Below, piece after piece: positions 22,922 to 35,400 of a DNA stretch of 64,000 nucleotides. The first letter of the stretch is position 1. Each line of letters starts with the position of its first letter. A program made the translations under genes and the position numbers. The notes under the pieces are model-generated. The model searched no databases. It had not been told where the DNA came from and saw only the letters and a list, made by a program, of their open reading frames with translations. Source of the DNA: Rhynchopus sp. YZ270_cl-10 (lineage: Eukaryota); the NCBI GenBank assembly GCA_964035575.1, contig OZ037841.1, forward strand, positions 248,001-312,000, given 5' to 3'.

Positions 22922-24853
22922 CTAGACTCCCTGCTCACGAGAATCAGGTTCCGTCTCTGAAACAGTATTCTCTCTGTTGTCCTTCTTGCACACCACAAAC
23001 AATCCAAGCAAGACAATAAGCAGCAAAACAACACCACCCACGCAGATCCCCACAATAGCGCCAACAGGGAAGTCGTCGTCCGTCTGCGGTGTCGGCGTCA
23101 GCAGGGTGCACACCTTCCCAACCAATCCGTGATCAGCCGTGCATTTCAGCGGCACACACACACCGCCAAGAATCACCACAACCTCCGCACCCGTCACATC
23201 CCTGCACTGCAGTGCGTCCATCGACGCAAGCCCAGCCGACTGCACTGTCCCCACCACGTCGTTCGCAGCAGACATCCCCGCCGTAAGCTCCTCCGCCATG
23301 TCCAGTGCCGCCACATCCAGCAGCGGCACGTTGTCCATGTGCACAAACACGTTCAGCGACCCACACTCAGTCTCAGTCTCCGACACCGTCCCCTGCACAA
23401 CGCTCTTCACCACCGACGCCAGGCGCCTCCCCTTCCCAGCCCCGTCGTCACAGTCCACGTCCAGTGTCGCACGCACCACATCCGACACACGTGTTGCGCT
23501 GTCCACACAGATGTGTGAAACATCCCCGTTCTGCTTGTTCCGTGGATTTTCGAAACCAGTTCCGCACGTGCACTGGTTCTTGTCTGTGTCGCATGTGGCT
23601 CCCATGTCACCGTACTTCGCACATTCCTCATCAGACACACACCACTTCACTGACGAGGAACGCGGTGAGTCTGTTGCGGGTGCTGGTGTCGGTGTGAAGG
23701 GTGTGATCGGAGGTGACGGTGTGGGAGGTGCCGTAGGTGCCCCACTCATGCAGACGTAGTCAAAGTCAAGAGACCCGTTGCCAGTCACGTACCAAGCAGA
23801 ACGGAACTGCACAAGCACCGATCCTGCAAAGGTGTAGCTGGTGTCGTTCTTCTCACCAGACTCGTGGAAAGGGAAGCCAGTGATCTCGTCTCCCTCCATT
23901 TCGTACACATTCACGTAGTCTGTGCCAGCAGTTGTGTCGAACGTGTTGAACCTGATTCCAACCCTGCCACTGTGGCACGCAATCGACCAACACTCCGTTG
24001 ACGATGTCTGTGTGCTCAAGGTGCCTGAGCTGGGCAGTGACGTCGTGGTCGGGCAGGATGGTGTGAAGTTGAAGGCAATAGGGTTAAGCCACGAGAGCTG
24101 AGGAGCTGCCATGTTGCATCCCCACGTGTACTGGAAGCCTCCACACCCACCACGGTAGCAGTTTTTGCCCTGCAGAAGGAAGGACACGTTCCCGTCAGCT
24201 GTGAACTTTGTGGTTCCGAAGTGTGGGCCGTACGCATCTGAGTAGAATACTTGTGTGTCCCACCTGTTCACAGAGAAGTTTCCAACGTAGAACAGCCGGT
24301 AGTTCATCTCAAGTGTTCCGTTGCAGGAAATGGTGTTCACCAGTGGCACAGTGGAGCCCGGGAAAGGTGACACTGAGGCACTAGTAGGAGCTGAGTTGCT
24401 AGCATCATGAGTGGTGTGAGCAGCATCAATCTCAGGTGCCTCTGTTGCATTTGCGGCAACTTCACTTGGAACGGGGGTGTCGTAAGTGGCGTTAGCAGCA
24501 ACAATCTCAGGTGCATCCATCCCACAACCCCAAGAGAACTCCACAGAGCTGCTGCAGTCGCCACCCACACACGCATCCACAGCTGCTGTCAGCTTCACAT
24601 CCCAGTATGCGTTGAACGTCACAGAGTTGTAATGTGCGTCTGTCCTCAATGTGGTTGTTGTCCCGTTCTCAACCACAAACTTCCCATCGAACTTGGGGTT
24701 GTACGTGATCTGAAGTCTGCCAACACAGCTCAGGGTCCAGCACGTCTCTGCACCTGATGGCAGTGACGTGCCCACAGTCCCAGACAGCGCACTCAGGGTC
24801 GTCGGGTGCGAGCATGCCTGCAGCGCAAGCACAGGCACCAAGAGGGGAATCAT
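22922..24853 (-). CDS. CUB-like-module type I membrane protein, paralog 5 (1 module + EGF-like + SEA-like + TM)
   Basis: 646-aa ORF; ATG at 24853 ([14 protein letters not shown]). Confidence 0.9.
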   Translation of the reverse strand: MIPLLVPVLALQACSHPTTLSALSGTVGTSLPSGAETCWTLSCVGRLQITYNPKFDGKFVVENGTTTTLRTDAHYNSVTFNAYWDVKLTAAVDACVGGDCSSSVEFSWGCGMDAPEIVAANATYDTPVPSEVAANATEAPEIDAAHTTHDASNSAPTSASVSPFPGSTVPLVNTISCNGTLEMNYRLFYVGNFSVNRWDTQVFYSDAYGPHFGTTKFTADGNVSFLLQGKNCYRGGCGGFQYTWGCNMAAPQLSWLNPIAFNFTPSCPTTTSLPSSGTLSTQTSSTECWSIACHSGRVGIRFNTFDTTAGTDYVNVYEMEGDEITGFPFHESGEKNDTSYTFAGSVLVQFRSAWYVTGNGSLDFDYVCMSGAPTAPPTPSPPITPFTPTPAPATDSPRSSSVKWCVSDEECAKYGDMGATCDTDKNQCTCGTGFENPRNKQNGDVSHICVDSATRVSDVVRATLDVDCDDGAGKGRRLASVVKSVVQGTVSETETECGSLNVFVHMDNVPLLDVAALDMAEELTAGMSAANDVVGTVQSAGLASMDALQCRDVTGAEVVVILGGVCVPLKCTADHGLVGKVCTLLTPTPQTDDDFPVGAIVGICVGGVVLLLIVLLGLFVVCKKDNRENTVSETEPDSREQGV

Positions 24854-25218
24854 ATGTAACAAGAGTGTCTCTGGTGTTGGGTGTGGTGTGCACTACATGC
24901 GGACGAACAGGGCTGGGGTGGAAGAATAATTTCAGTATTGGTAATTGTCCTTTTTTCATATTCTCTTTTTTTCTCGGTTTAGTCAGATGCACTGTGAAGA
25001 CATGCTATCACCAGATTTAAGCGTTGTATCTCACGTGTGTGGTGAACACCCGCAAGACGCGCTTTGACATCTGGGTGGAACACTATTTGATAGCATATTT
25101 AATTCAAGTACATATGTTGCACCAGGAGAGAGACGTGACGACTACTGAGCAGGGTGCCCACACCAGCAATCCATGTGTCACGAACACAAAACAAAGAAAG
25201 GAACAGTTTATAAGATGA

Positions 25219-25292
25219 CACGGTGGCCCTTACGAACCCTCAGGGTACGTTCGTAGCGGGGTACCCCAAATAGGGTACGTAAGGCCACCGTG
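25219..25292. mobile_element. 74-bp CAC..GTG MITE with 2-bp GA duplication, inserted in a hairpin motif
   Basis: TAAGAT-GA|CACGGTGGCCCTTACGAACCCT..AGGGTACGTAAGGCCACCGTG|GA-CCCTAAGCCTCTCG. Removing the insert restores a motif seen elsewhere in the window. Confidence 0.8.
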
Positions 25293-26008
25293 GACCCTAA
25301 GCCTCTCGTGCTTAGTCACCTAAAGAAACAAGAAACAAAACAATAAAAACGAGAGGAGGCAAAGCCCTGAAAGGTATCCCAAACAGGACAAATGCTCACT
25401 TCAAAAGGCTGTAGATCTTGGATGCCACGCATGAATGAATGCAGAGACATGCAGCAGATGCTTGAAAAAGAAGCGCACTCAAAAATCTTGGACGCGGTCA
25501 CAAAAACAAAATAAAATGATGTGTTCTGATTTTCAAAAGGGGCCTATACTCCGGTGAAGCCTCAATAAAGGCAGGAATTTTTAGGGGCGTTCGCTAGCTT
25601 TAAAAATTAAGTGTTTCATGTTTAGCATTTAGGTTAAATTTTTGCTCATTTAAGCCCAAAAGTCTACTGGGGTCTGAGGCGAGGTCTAAAAAGACTCAGC
25701 AAAGTAGCAAAGACCCAAATAACGGCCCGGTATAGGTTCCTATCTTATTCGAAAATAACAGGCACATCACAATGTTGTCTAACAATCCCAACGGAGCCGT
25801 ATGTTCTAGTTTTGTCACAACCTCATCAGGAAAATGAATGTTGCAAACCCTGCATCCGACACGGACATGTTTCAACTAAACAAGGCGACCAAAGATGAAG
25901 CACAAAATAAACAACAGAAGATATAAAACGATGTTCTCGAAAAGTGTAAAAGAAACCGCTTGACAAAAACATAGCACACACCACGTCTGTGCATCTATGC
26001 TCCCTTAT

Positions 26009-26420
26009 CGGCAAGAAAGCGTTCTCTTGTGTAATGTAACGTTGCAACCGACACCTTTGCAAATAAACGCACATTAATTAGGAATTCTTTTGAACGTTGT
26101 TTCGACTCTGTTGTCCCCTCACCCACGAAGGATAAGGCAAACCGCAAGAGCTGTGTGTGCATCTCAGGTGTGCACACCTTCACCACGACACTCTCCAGGT
26201 TTGCCTGCAACACAGCAGAGGACTGCACAGTCGTACAGTTCAAGATTGAAGCAAGAAGCAGTTTTTTGTGTATCAGCAATACTCACAAAAAGCCTTCCGG
26301 TGGAGATGGGAGTGGCTGTTCTATGACAGGTGGCAATGTAGTGTCTACCCACTCAAAGAAACAACCACACTTCTGAAAACAAAAAACATATTTCAGGGCA
26401 GCCAGGAATAGGAAAAAAAT
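26009..26420. repeat. Conserved intergenic block, copy 3 of 4
   Basis: Near-identical to the copies at 4769, 9556 and 30874. Confidence 0.9.
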
Positions 26421-26633
26421 GGTCACAATGAAAATGCCAAGCACACAAACTGGCAGGGACTAACACATAAGCACTGCAACCAGTTTGAAAATGGGGGAGG
26501 AAAAGAGAAAATGAAAAAGTGGAGAGAAAAATAACAAAACACAGAACAAAGCATACACAACACAGCTCGAAAAGGTGCTGCGTCGTGCAATGAGGTAAAA
26601 AAAGAGATTTTCTATAAAAAACAAAATGCATGA

Positions 26634-29600
26634 TCACAGCGCGCCTGGAAGTGCCTTGACGCCCATCTCAAGAGAATCAGGTTCCGTCTCTGAAACAGTA
26701 TTCTCCCTGTTGTCCTTCTTGCACACCACAAACAATCCAAGCAAGACAATAAGCAGCAAAGCAACACCACCCACGCAGATCCCCACAATAGCACCAACAG
26801 GGAAGTCGTCGTCCGTCTGCGGTGTCGGCGTCAGCAGGGTGCACACCTTCCCAACCAATACGTGATCAGCCGTGCATTTCAGCGGCACACACACACCACC
26901 AAGAATCACCACAACCTCCGCACCCGTCACATCCCTGCACTGCAGTGCGTCCATCGACGCAAGCCCAGCCGACTGCACTGTCCCCACCACGTCGTTCGCA
27001 GCAGACATCCCCGCCGTAAGCTCCTCCGCCATGTCCAGTGCCGCCACATCCAGCAGCGGCACGTTGTCCATGTGCACAAACACGTTCAGCGACCCACACT
27101 CAGTCTCAGTCTCCGACACCGTTCCCTGCACAACGCTCTGCGCCACCGACGCCAGGCGCCTCCCCTTCCCAGCCCCGTCGTCGCAGTCCACGTCCAGTGT
27201 CGCACGCACCACATCCGACACACGTGTTGCGCTGTTCACACAGATGTGTGCAACATCCCCATTCTGCTTGTTCCGTGGATTTTCGAAACCAGTTCCGCAC
27301 GTGCACTGGTTCTTGTCTGTGTCGCATGTGGCTCCCATGTCACCGTACTTCGCACATTCCTCATCAGACACACACCACTTCACTGACGAGGAACGCGGTG
27401 AGTCTGTTGCGGGTGCTGGTGTTGGTGTGATGGGCGTGATCGGAGGTGACGGTGTGGGAGGTGCCGTAGGTGCCCCACTCATGCAGACGTAGTCAAAGTC
27501 AAGAGACCCGTTGCCAGTCACGTACCAACCAGTACTGAACTGCACAAGCACCGATCCTGCAAAGGTGTAGCTGGTGTCGTTCTTCTCACCAGACTCGTGG
27601 AAAGGGAAGCCAGTGATCTCGTCTCCCTCCATTTCGTACACATTCACGAAGTCTGTACCTGCAGTTGTGTCGAACGTGTTGAACCTGATCCCAACCCTGC
27701 CACCTTCACATGCAATCGACCAACACTCGGTTGACGATGTCTGTGTGCTCAAGGTGCCTGAGCTGGGCAGTGACGTCGTGGTCGGGCAGGATGGTGTGAA
27801 GTTGAAGGCAGCAGGGTTCCTTTCCATCGCGATCGGAGGTGCTGCCATGTTGCATCCCCACGTGTACCGGAAGCCTCCACACCCACCACGGTAGCAGTTT
27901 CTTCCCTGCTGCAGAATGAAGGACACGTTCCCGTCAGCTGTGAACCTTGTGGTTCCGAAGCGTGGGCCGAATGCATCTGAGTAGAACACTTGCGTGTCCC
28001 ACCTGTTCACAGAGAAGTTTCCAACGAAGAACAGCTGGTAGTTCATCTCAAGTGTTCCGTTGCAGGAAATGGTGTTCTCAAGGGCTGTGTTGAAGTAGTC
28101 TCCCAGGTCAGGTGTCACTGTGGCACTGTCAGGAGCAGAGTTGCTAGCATCATGAGTGGTGTGAACAGCATCAATCTCAGGTGCATCCATCCCACAACCC
28201 CAAGAGAACTCCACAGACCTGCTGCAGTCGCCACTCACACACGCATCCACAACTGCTGTCAGCTTCACATCCCAGTATGCGTTGAACGTCACAGAGTTGT
28301 AATGTGCATCTGTCCTCAATGTAGTTGTTGTCCCGTTCTCAACCACAAACTGGCCATCAAACTTGGGGTTGTACGTGATCTGAAGTCTGCCAACACAGCT
28401 CAGGGTCCAGCACGTCTCGGCACCAGATGCCAGTGACGTGCCCACAGTCCCAGACAGTGCACTCAGGGTCGTGCATGGTCCAGCAGATGTCGGTGTTGGT
28501 GTTGGTGTTGGTGTTGGTGTTGGTGTCGGTGTTGGTGTTGGTGTTGGTGTTGGTGTTGGTGTTGGTGTTGGTGTTGGTGTTGGTGTTGGTGTTGGTGTTG
28601 GTGTTGGTGTTGGTGTTGGTGTTGGTGTTGGTGTTGGTGTTGGTGTTGGTGTTGGTGTTGGTGTTGGTGTTGGTGTTGGTGTTGGTGTTGGTGTTGGTGT
28701 TGGTGTTGGTGTTGGTGTTGGTGTTGGTGTTGGTGTTGGTGTTGGTGTTGGTGTTGGTGTTGGTGTTGGTGTTGGTGTTGGTGTTGGTGTTGGTGTTGGT
28801 GTTGGTGTTGGTGTTGGTGTTGGTGTTGGTGTTGGTGTTGGTGTTGGTGTTGGTGTTGGTGTTGGTGTCGGTGTCGGTGTGATCGGAGGTGACGGTGTGG
28901 GAGGTGCATCAGTAGACGGTGCAAGTGTTGCTGGTGATTCTCTTCCACCCATGCAGACGTAGTCAAAGTCAAGAGACTCGTTGCCAGTCACGTACCAACC
29001 AGAACGGAACTGCACAAGCACCGATCCTGCAAAGGTGTAGCTGGTGTCGTTCTTCTCACCAGACTCGTGGAAAGGGAAGCCAGTGATCTCGTCTCCCTCC
29101 ATTTCGTACACATTCACGAAGTCTGTGCCAGCAGTTGTGTCGAACGTGTTGAACCTGATCCCAACCCTGCCACCTTCACATGCAATCGACCAACACTCGG
29201 TTGACGATGTCTGTGTGCTCAAGGTGCCTGAGCTGGGCAGTGACGTCGTGGTCGGGCAGGATGGTGTGAAGTTGAAGGCAGCAGGGTTTCTTTCCATCGC
29301 GATCGGAGGTGCTGCCATGTTGCATCCCCACGTGTACCGGAAGCCTCCACACCCACCACGGTAGCAGTTTCTTCCCTGCTGCAGAATGAAGGACACGTTC
29401 CCGTCAGCTGTGAACCTTGTGGTTCCGAAGCGTGGGCCGAACGCATCTGAGTAGAACACTTGCGTGTCCCACCTGTTCACAGAGAAGTTTCCAACGAAGA
29501 ACAGCTGGTAGTTCATCTCAAGTGTTCCGTTGCAGGAAATGGTGTTCTCAAGGGCTGTGTTGAAGTAGTCTCCCAGGTCAGGTGTCACTGTGGCACTGGC

Positions 29601-29993
29601 AAGATCTGAGTTGCTAGCATCATGAGTGGTGTGAACAGCATCAATCTCAGGTGCATCCATCCCACAACCCCAAGAGAACTCCACAGACCTGCTGCAGTCG
29701 CCACCCACACACGCATCCACAGCTGCTGTCAGCTTCACATCCCAGTATGCGTTGAACGTCACAGAGTTGTAATGTGCGTCTGTCCTCAATGTGGTTGTTG
29801 TCCCGTTCTCAACCGCAAACTGGCCATCAAACTTGGGGTTGTACGTGATCTGAAGTCTGCCAACACAGCTCAGGGTCCAGCACGTCTCTGCACCTGATGA
29901 CAGTGATGTGCCCACAGTCCCAGACAGTGCACTCAGGGTCGTCGGGTGCGAGCATGCCTGCAGCGCAAGCACAGGCACCAAGAGGGGAAGCAT
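26634..29993 (-). CDS. CUB-like-module type I membrane protein, paralog 6 (2 near-identical modules, (PT)n spacer, EGF-like + SEA-like + TM)
   Basis: 1143-aa ORF; family-type ATG at 29993. Confidence 0.9.
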   Translation of the reverse strand: MLPLLVPVLALQACSHPTTLSALSGTVGTSLSSGAETCWTLSCVGRLQITYNPKFDGQFAVENGTTTTLRTDAHYNSVTFNAYWDVKLTAAVDACVGGDCSRSVEFSWGCGMDAPEIDAVHTTHDASNSDLASATVTPDLGDYFNTALENTISCNGTLEMNYQLFFVGNFSVNRWDTQVFYSDAFGPRFGTTRFTADGNVSFILQQGRNCYRGGCGGFRYTWGCNMAAPPIAMERNPAAFNFTPSCPTTTSLPSSGTLSTQTSSTECWSIACEGGRVGIRFNTFDTTAGTDFVNVYEMEGDEITGFPFHESGEKNDTSYTFAGSVLVQFRSGWYVTGNESLDFDYVCMGGRESPATLAPSTDAPPTPSPPITPTPTPTPTPTPTPTPTPTPTPTPTPTPTPTPTPTPTPTPTPTPTPTPTPTPTPTPTPTPTPTPTPTPTPTPTPTPTPTPTPTPTPTPTPTPTPTPTPTPTPTPTPTPTPTPTPTPTPTPTPTPTPTPTPTSAGPCTTLSALSGTVGTSLASGAETCWTLSCVGRLQITYNPKFDGQFVVENGTTTTLRTDAHYNSVTFNAYWDVKLTAVVDACVSGDCSRSVEFSWGCGMDAPEIDAVHTTHDASNSAPDSATVTPDLGDYFNTALENTISCNGTLEMNYQLFFVGNFSVNRWDTQVFYSDAFGPRFGTTRFTADGNVSFILQQGRNCYRGGCGGFRYTWGCNMAAPPIAMERNPAAFNFTPSCPTTTSLPSSGTLSTQTSSTECWSIACEGGRVGIRFNTFDTTAGTDFVNVYEMEGDEITGFPFHESGEKNDTSYTFAGSVLVQFSTGWYVTGNGSLDFDYVCMSGAPTAPPTPSPPITPITPTPAPATDSPRSSSVKWCVSDEECAKYGDMGATCDTDKNQCTCGTGFENPRNKQNGDVAHICVNSATRVSDVVRATLDVDCDDGAGKGRRLASVAQSVVQGTVSETETECGSLNVFVHMDNVPLLDVAALDMAEELTAGMSAANDVVGTVQSAGLASMDALQCRDVTGAEVVVILGGVCVPLKCTADHVLVGKVCTLLTPTPQTDDDFPVGAIVGICVGGVALLLIVLLGLFVVCKKDNRENTVSETEPDSLEMGVKALPGAL
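28488..28880 (-). repeat. Coding hexamer microsatellite (ACACCA)n encoding (Thr-Pro)n
   Basis: ~390 nt of near-perfect GGTGTT on the plus strand, in frame within paralog 6. Confidence 0.95.
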
Positions 29994-30873
29994 ATGTAAC
30001 AAGAGTGTCTCTGGTGTTGGGTGTGGTGTTGCTAAGTGAGTGCAAAGGTTGTGAGTGGGGAACATCTGCGAAACATGGCACTAGTTGCAGTGTGACACAC
30101 GGACCCCAACAAAAGGAAAATGCGGTTGGCACTTGCCGTGAGAAGAAAGCACTGAACACATGCAGTTACCAGATTTAAGCGTTGTCTCTCTCCTGTGGGG
30201 AACACGGGCAAGAAGCGCTTTGCCATATGCGTGGATACTCCTGAAAAAATCAAAAAATATCAATTGTGCTATGATCACCAAAGGTGTCCTTCTGGCAAAC
30301 TCGTAAATCCCAAAGAAAGCGATGTTGGTAGTGCGAACGCCTGGGACGCAGGCACTGATGCTGTATCCAAAAAGAAAAGAGACGACTATGTGTTGGACGC
30401 AGTCAAAAAAACATGATGCGTTTTCTGATTTTCTAATTCAAAAGTAACAGCCACACTTCACAGTGTTGTCAAACAATCCCGACGGAGCCGTATGCTCTAG
30501 GTTTGTCACAAACTCACCAGAAAAATGAATGTTGCAAACCCTGCATGCAGGAATTCCCAATAAAATAGTCAAAATATAGCAGAAAATAACCTGGTGACAA
30601 ACGATGTGGGGTGAAAGGAAAATGTGCTAAGATGAACCTAAACCCTGAGTGCTTGGTCACCTAAAGCTGACGGAGTAAAGCTGGGGCTGCTGTCCCCAAA
30701 CCACACCCGTGACACAATCACGCACAAGCCACGACCAGCCAGCTTTGTGCTAGCAGAAAGAAGCTGTAGTTTCATTATTAAATTGTATATTCTCGAAGTT
30801 GAAAAAGGAAAAAGGAAAAAGGAAACCCCTGACAAAAACATACACACCACGTCGTGCATCTATGTTCCCTTTT

Positions 30874-31277
30874 CGGCAAGAAAGCGTTCTCTTGTGTAAT
30901 GTAACGTTGCAACCGACACCTTTGCAAATAAACGCACATTAATTAGGAATTCTTTTGAACGTTGTTTCGACTCTGTTGTCCCCTCACCCATGAAGGATAA
31001 GGCAAACCGCAAGAGCTGTGTGTGCATCTCAGGTGTGCACACCTTCACCACGACACTCTCCAGGTTTGCCTGCAACACAGCAGAGGACTGCACAGTCGTA
31101 CAGTTCAAGATTGAGACGAAGCAAGAAGCGGTTTTTGTGTACCAGCAATACTCACAAAAAGCCTTCCGGTGGAGATGGGAGTGGCTGTTCTATGATGGGT
31201 GTCAATGTAGTGTCTACCCACTCAAAGAAACAACCACACTTCTGAAAACAAAAACATATTTCAGGGCAGCCAGGAAA
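30874..31277. repeat. Conserved intergenic block, copy 4 of 4
   Basis: Near-identical to the copies at 4769, 9556 and 26009. Confidence 0.9.
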
Positions 31278-31294
31278 CGGAAAAATAAACGTTA

Positions 31295-31920
31295 AGACGA
31301 AGCCAAGCCTCACAGCGCTTAGCCACCTCCAGGGGGGAAGACACATAGTGGCCATTGATGCAGACCTACACCTCCGACTGACCTACATACCACGCCACCC
31401 GGATGAAAGCACAAAACAAAAACCTGAGTGACACGGTACGCCTCTAGGTGCATAAATCGAAAGAAAAAGACGACCTCACTCATGCACGCCTAACACAGTT
31501 TTGTAGGGGGGCAGCACACGCACAACGTGGCAACATAGAGGACACACTCACCTTTCGCCAAGCGAAGCGAAGGGGGAAAAAGAGAGAACCGCGTTAGTGA
31601 ACACATTCAAAAGTAGAGTTGAAATACAAAAGCCCTCTCGTGACAGTGTACCTCTCTCTCTCTCTCTCTCTATTCAAATGAACCGAAAGAAAAGCTTATA
31701 AGATGAACCTAAACCTCTCGTGCTGTCATCTGGAAGGGGGAAAAAAAACGGTTGATTCGCAGTTTCTGGTGCCTCATTGTCGGGATACTAGGAAGATGTG
31801 GGTGTCTCATGTGCACACATCTAAAGGGTTACTCACGATTGGAGCTACAATTCTACCAATATGATCGCAGCCGTCGTAGAGAAAGCATGAAAGACGAATG
31901 CACCCTTGAGGCACACATCT
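31295..31920 (-). repeat. Cluster of short hairpin-family motifs
   Basis: Copies at 31295-31328, 31622-31653, 31701-31731, 31794-31822 and 31892-31920. Confidence 0.6.
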
Positions 31921-32478
31921 ATAAAGGGAAAGCTTTTGGAAAGTCTCACACAACACAACGGCTGCGAAGACGTGGACCTGGTAGGGGGGACGGGAAACAT
32001 ACTTCAGTATGGTATGGGTGTCGGCTATCAGCGCTTGTCAGCGTCAGACGGAACACCCTTTGCGTACAACGACGATGGCAAGAAGTGCCACATTGTCATT
32101 GCCAAAGGAGCGCGCAATAGCGACACACACACATACGACTCCGAAGTTCGGGATACTTCACAGACCGCACACGTCATCCCTGAAGAGTGTGGCAGAGGTA
32201 AAACCCCTGGTCTGACTGGTGTTTACTAAGCCAGAACGTTTCGTTCAATAGAGAGGCAGGTTAAAAAGAGAGAAAACACACAAATAACAAAACGAAAAAG
32301 CACTGAAAATAAGAGATAACGTGAAACATGAATGGACTGAAATCTTTCAAAACTTAGTATTCTTTTTTATAGCATAGATTGGCTTTTGCGCACTACCATT
32401 TTCTTTAAAACATAAGCACAGGTGGCAGCACTCTGTCAAGACACTAGGACAGGACTGCTTCTGACCTTTGCTCTGAGC

Positions 32479-35400
32479 TCAGTGCAAGACGTCGTCGATA
32501 GAGGTAGCCTCCACAGGAAGCGCAGTGCCACCCGCTGCAGCAGGAGACTTGAAGCTCACGTGCGAGTTGTAATCACAGGGTGCTGGCACGGCAACAAGCT
32601 CCTCTTCGTACTTCGCTGGGTGCGCAGAGTACACATGCACATCTTCTGGCTGTGCCTTTGCCTGTAGGTGATGTTGAGGAGTTAGCATTTGTCCGTGTCA
32701 TGTACACCGTGCACTGCACATACCTCATCACCCAGGATACCCTCCACGAGTCCTGCTTCGCGTGCCTCGGCCTGTGGTGTGAGGATGACTTTGTGGGGAA
32801 AGGAGGGACATACATTACCGCGCCTGCACACAAGCAGAGCAATAACAAGCAGCAAAGCAACACCACCCACGCAGATCCCCACAATAGCGCCAACAGGGAG
32901 GCCATCGTCACTCACAGGTGTAGGAGTCAGCAGGGTGCACACCTTCCCAACCAATACGTGATCAGCTGTGCATTTCAGCGGCACACACACACCGCCAAGA
33001 ATCACCACAACCTCCGCACCTGTCACATCCCTGCACTGCAGTGCGTCCATCGACGCAAGCCCAGCCGACTGCACTGTCCCCACCACGTCGTTCGCAGCAG
33101 ACATCCCCGCCGTCAGCTCCTCCACCATGTCCAGTGCCGCCACATCCAGCAGCGGCACGTTGTCCATGTGCACAAACACGTTCAGCGACCCACACTCAGT
33201 CTCAGTCTCCGACACCGTTCCCTGCACAACGCTCTGCGCCACAGACGCCAGGCGCCTCCCCTTCCCAGCCCCGTCGTCGCAGCCCACGTCCAGTGTCGCA
33301 CGCACCACATCCGACACACGTGTTGCGCTGTTCACGCAGATGTGTGCAACATGCCCATTCTGCTTGTTCCGTGGATTTTCGAAACCAGTTCCGCACGTGC
33401 ACTGGTTCTTGTCTGTGTCGCATGTGGCTACCATGTCACCGTACTTCGCACACTCCTCATCAGACACACACCACTTCACCAGCGAAGTTCTTGGTAAGTC
33501 CACCGTTGGCTTCGGTGCAGCATCAGGCATGCAGACGTAGTCAAAGTCAAGAGAGCTGTTCCCTGTGGAATACCAACCAGTACTGAACTGCACAACCACC
33601 GATCCTGCAAAGGTGTAGCTGGTGTCGTTCTTCTCACCAGACTCGTGGAAAGGGAAGCCAGTGATCTCGTCTCCCTCCATTTCGTACACATTCACGAAGT
33701 CTGTGCCAGCAGTTGTGTCGAACGTGTTGAACCTGATCCCAACCTTGCCACCTTCACATGCAATCTCCCAACACTCCGTCCCATCTGTTCCGTTCAAACT
33801 CACAGTACCGGAAGTGTCGAGACTGGTGTTGCGTGGGCACGACGGTGCGAAGTGGTAGGGAGCAGGGTTGGGGTCTGACAGCTTCGGTGCTGCCATGTTG
33901 CATCCCCACGAGTACTGTGTGCCCCAACACCCACCACGGTAGCAGATTCTGCCCTGCAGAAGGAAGGACACGTTCCCGTCTGCTTTGAACTGCGTTGTGC
34001 CGAAGTGCGGGCCGTACGCATTTGAGTAGAACACTTGTGTGTCCCACTTGTTCACCCAGAAGTCTCCAGGGAAGAACAACTGGTAGTTCAGCTCAAGCCT
34101 ACCTTTGCAGGAAATGGTGTTCACCAGTGGTGTGTCATAGTGGTCGTAGCCAATGTCGGGGTAAAGCTGTCCACTGAAGCGTTTGCGGTCAACGTCATCA
34201 GCATCATCAGTGGTGTCAGCAGCAGCAATCGCAGGAGCATCCACAGCACAACCCCACGAGAACTCAACACGGTTCCCACAGTCGCTGTTCCCACAACCGT
34301 TCACAGCTGCTGTCAGCTTCACATCCCAGTATGCGTTGAACGTCACAGAGTTGTATTGTGCGTCTGTCCTCAATGTAGTTGTTGTCCCGTTCTCAACCAC
34401 AAACTTCCCATCAAACTTGGGGTTGTACGTGATCTGAAGTCTGCCAACACAGCTCAGGGTCCAGCACGTCTCTGCACCTGATGACAGTGATGTGTCCACA
34501 GTCCCAGACAGTGCACTCAGGGTCGTGCATGATCCAGCAGATGTCGGTGTCGGTGTGATGGGTGTGATCGGAGGTGACGGTGTAATCGGTGGGGAAGGTG
34601 TGGGCAGTGCAGTAGCTGGGGTGGGCACTGGTGCGCCACCCATACAGATGTAGTCAAAGTCAAGAGAGCTGTTCCCTGTGGAATACCAGCCAGTACTGAA
34701 CTGCACAAGCACCGATCCTGCAAAGGTGTAGCTGGTGTCGTTCTTCTCACCAGTCTCGTGGAAAGGGAAGCCAGTGATCTCGTCTCCCTCCATTTCGTAC
34801 ACATTCACGTAGTCTGTGCCAGCAGTGGTGTCAAACTCGTTGAACCTGATCCCAACCCTGCCACCTTCACATGCAATCTCCCAACACTCCGTCCCATCTG
34901 TTCCGTTCAAACTCACAGTACCGGAAGTGTCGAGACTGGTGTTGCGTGGGCACGACGGTGCGAAGTGGTAGGGAGCAGGGTTGGGGTCTGACAGCTTCGG
35001 TGCTGCCATGTTGCATCCCCACGAGTACTGTGTGCCCCAACACCCACCACGGTAGCAGATTCTGCCCTGCAGAAGGAAGGACACGTTCCCGTCTGCTTTG
35101 AACTGCGTTGTGCCGAAGTGAGGGCCGTACGCATTTGAGTAGAACACTTGTGTGTCCCACTTGATCACCCAGAAGTCTCCAGGGAAGAACAACTGGTAGT
35201 TCAGCTCAAGCCTACCTTTGCAGGAAATGGTGTTCACCAGTGGTGTGTCATAGTGGTCGTAGCCAATGTCGGGGTAAAGCTGTCCACTGAAGCGTTCGCG
35301 GTCAACGTCATCAGCATCATCAGTGGCGTCAGCAGCAGCAATCGCAGGAGCATCCACAGCACAACCCCACGAGAACTCAACACGGTTCCCACAGTCGCTG

